The position numbers and the translations under genes were made by a program. Below are positions 61,569 to 64,000 of a DNA stretch of 64,000 nt, in pieces. The notes under the pieces are model-generated. The model saw only the letters and a program-made list of their open reading frames with translations, searched no databases and was not told where the DNA came from. The first letter of the stretch is position 1. Every line of letters starts with the position of its first letter. This DNA is from Savitreella phatthalungensis (taxonomy: Eukaryota): positions 124,001-188,000 of the forward strand of contig AP039707.1 of assembly GCA_051599415.1 (NCBI GenBank), written 5' to 3'.

Positions 61569-64000
61569 AGAGGAACTCTTTCACGTGTAGTCTGGAGTAT
61601 ATTGTTGATAGGCAGGCCTGTGTTTCAGGTAGCGTTTCAGAGAGTGTTTCAAGGAGCGTTTGTGTTTCACGTAGACTGAACTCTATTGCCTGTAGATTGA
61701 TCTTCAGTCTCCGATTGATTGCTCAGTCGCAAGTAGAGTGCTCTTAACTCCTCCTAAACAAGTGTCTGTGACCTTGATCAGGATGTCGTCTTTCCTGAGT
61801 CTCTAGGATCAAGACTTCAAGCGATACAGCACGCTTGAGGTAATTGCTGCAGCGGTTACGTGAAAGGCCGAAATGATTCGATCCTGTCGAGCGTTGTAGA
61901 ACGAAAAGAGAGTCACGTCCGCTAGGGAACAGTGAGAGATAGATGAAGAGAGATGGAAGAGAGAAGAGCAGAGAGAAGAGAAGAGTTGAAGGTTGATGAA
62001 GCCAAATGAAGAGAGAAAGGGACCTGGCTGGCACTGAACCAATAGAACGTTATAGCTGAAGCGCAGACCTCAATGCTCGATCGTGGATGCTTAGCCGAGC
62101 TCCTGGTCGGTTTGCGTGTCACGAATGAGCGCAAGCACGAGTAACAAGTCGTAGCTGATCGGCTGTAGCTACTATGAGGAGTGAGGGTGGTGCGCTGGCT
62201 TGTGATGAGCACGGGTCCACTAGATCCCGTTTGACTGGTCAAGCCAGCGGAAAAGAATCCTGCGCGCGAGAGAGAGAAGGGTATGACCTCCAGTGAAGTG
62301 TCCTGTCAAGTCGATCCTTCCAAGCACAGAGAGTGTGAATGGAGCGCTATGCTTGGGCTTGTTCAGAAGCACTCGGTACACAGACTACAAATCCTTCCGA
62401 GCGGTTTACCCGGCCGGCGCCTGCTCTCTACAGAAGATATGACGACCGTATGTTACCTTGATGTCAAAAGTTCCCACTTCACCCGGATCACCAGAGAGAT
62501 CCAGGGGTTATAGACTTTAATGCTTTTGAGGGTAGTGGAATCGTGATGATTGGCACATGGAATTCCTCTCAAGACGGCTAATGAATTGTCCTACTGTGTC
62601 CATGTACAGTTGACGCCATTACACGCACACGGCCACCAGATACCGTGAAGGAACATAAACTTCATCAGCTTCCCCATCTTGAGGGTATGCTGAAGCACTA
62701 GCGACAGCTATCAGTATCCATTCTCAGTGAATAGATAACTCTATGATATTGACCGCAGGCCAGGTGAGCTGGAAAGCAGGAGAGCATTTAAGTTAGCGGG
62801 TAGGTGGTGATCGAGTGGTATGGTTGACAGGATGCACGCGCACACAGATAAGATGATGATTGGCTAATTTCTATGCTTCAATCAGGATCTGCTAACCCGG
62901 GCTAAATTTTAAAAAATATCCAATAAAATACACGTGCTGTTGACGCACATAGATCCATGGATCTAAGAGACAAGAAACAGGACGGAAGGCATACGCCGGA
63001 CGTCAGAGTAGAGTGTGTTGAGATGATGAGATGTATGCACAGAAGGGAGATGATCCCCCTGAGCAAGATTGTCGGTTTAGTACGATGCTTTTGAGTTATT
63101 TTTCACAGGGAGAGGATGTCACGACTCAATGAATTGATGGATTCAGAACGGAAATGTGTATGGTACACGTGCAGAAATCATGGTCAAATGATGCCATCAA
63201 TAGCTCAGCAATGATATACTCATCGATAATGCACACGCACACATACAGATGACATAACGTAGACTACTCTCAGGGGCAGAACTCAAGGAGGCATCCTTGA
63301 GCCTCCATAGTCATACACATACCTGCAGGCAACAATGGATTCAGAAGAAGAAAGTGCGCGTGTGAGACTGTACGTCTCGCCGTAGCAAGATAAGCTTCAT
63401 GAAGTGACCAGGCGAGCCCCAGAGTACGTCACTGTAGCTGGCACATTCCAGTAAATCAGACCATTCCGGCAGGACGTCAATCTGCTTGCCCCTTATCCTC
63501 ATCTGATGACTTAGGCTTGCACTAGCCGCTGATGATGATGCTGACGATGGAATTGACAAGTCGAGAGGCCAAATCACCGCCATCATTGTTCGACATGCGG
63601 TTGAACCACTCTGCTTCGGTACAATACTGCGTGCATCGGACATGCAACAGTCCTTGGTCGTGCATTCACTCGAGTCGAGTCCCAGTCGAGTGGTCCGGTT
63701 CAATGCTCATGAATGCATGATCTGATTACTTGGGTCGATATCTTGCATCATTGACAATTCGACAATTCAATTCCAGAGCTCGACCTCATCCGACAAACAC
63801 GTGCAGCTCTAGCCTGACCAAAATCCGTGATCGACCTTCATCACGTGTTAAGGCAACCAGATTCAGGGCTGTATACTGTCATGACGGCTTCTATGCACAG
63901 GGTCATCATGAGCAAGTCGCGTAGCCCTGTACAATCCTCACACTTCTAGAGGTACAGCAGCCATCTGTTCGGAGAGACCTACAGCCTTGTTTGTCGAGGC

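Noticed and set aside
62764..62886. Intron-like GTGAGC..GCTAAT..CAG on the plus strand upstream of VTC4
   Set aside because: The spliced frame is only ~15 codons; no support for a gene or lncRNA from sequence alone.

Overview
Gene-dense, GC-rich, largely intron-poor fungal (ascomycete) nuclear DNA. An early-diverging, Taphrinomycotina-like lineage is my inference only. About 25 protein genes are present: GYP1-like Rab-GAP (5' truncated), a degenerate MDR/oxidoreductase-like protein, a bZIP factor, GDH2, a Wee1/Swe1 kinase, CAB4, DCD1, ATG2, a three-exon ATP15 missing from the ORF track, a Mei5/Sfr1-like protein, a HAD phosphatase, an Lsm12-like protein, RCL1, a GAF hybrid histidine kinase, VAC7, ClpX/MCX1, an orphan with an RPA32-C-like winged helix, an ARMC8/Vid28-like protein, a Pho80-like cyclin, SEC12, RPL15, VTC4 and several low-complexity orphans. 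There is also one intron-containing tRNA-Val(TAC) and several mini/microsatellites. I saw no transposon or CRISPR. The best lead is the orphan at 51726-53546. A strong-context ATG runs 18 codons into TGA-CTAG, the canonical readthrough motif, then stays in frame across a 57-nt intron into the long ORF, which suggests expression gated by N-terminal stop-codon readthrough. Other leads: a tRNA gene with a templated CCA and a T6 run inside its intron, a ~19-bp upstream motif that is single-copy at some genes and expanded into a minisatellite at another, and regularly spaced CACGTG and MCB arrays. All calls come from reading motifs by eye; no searches were run.
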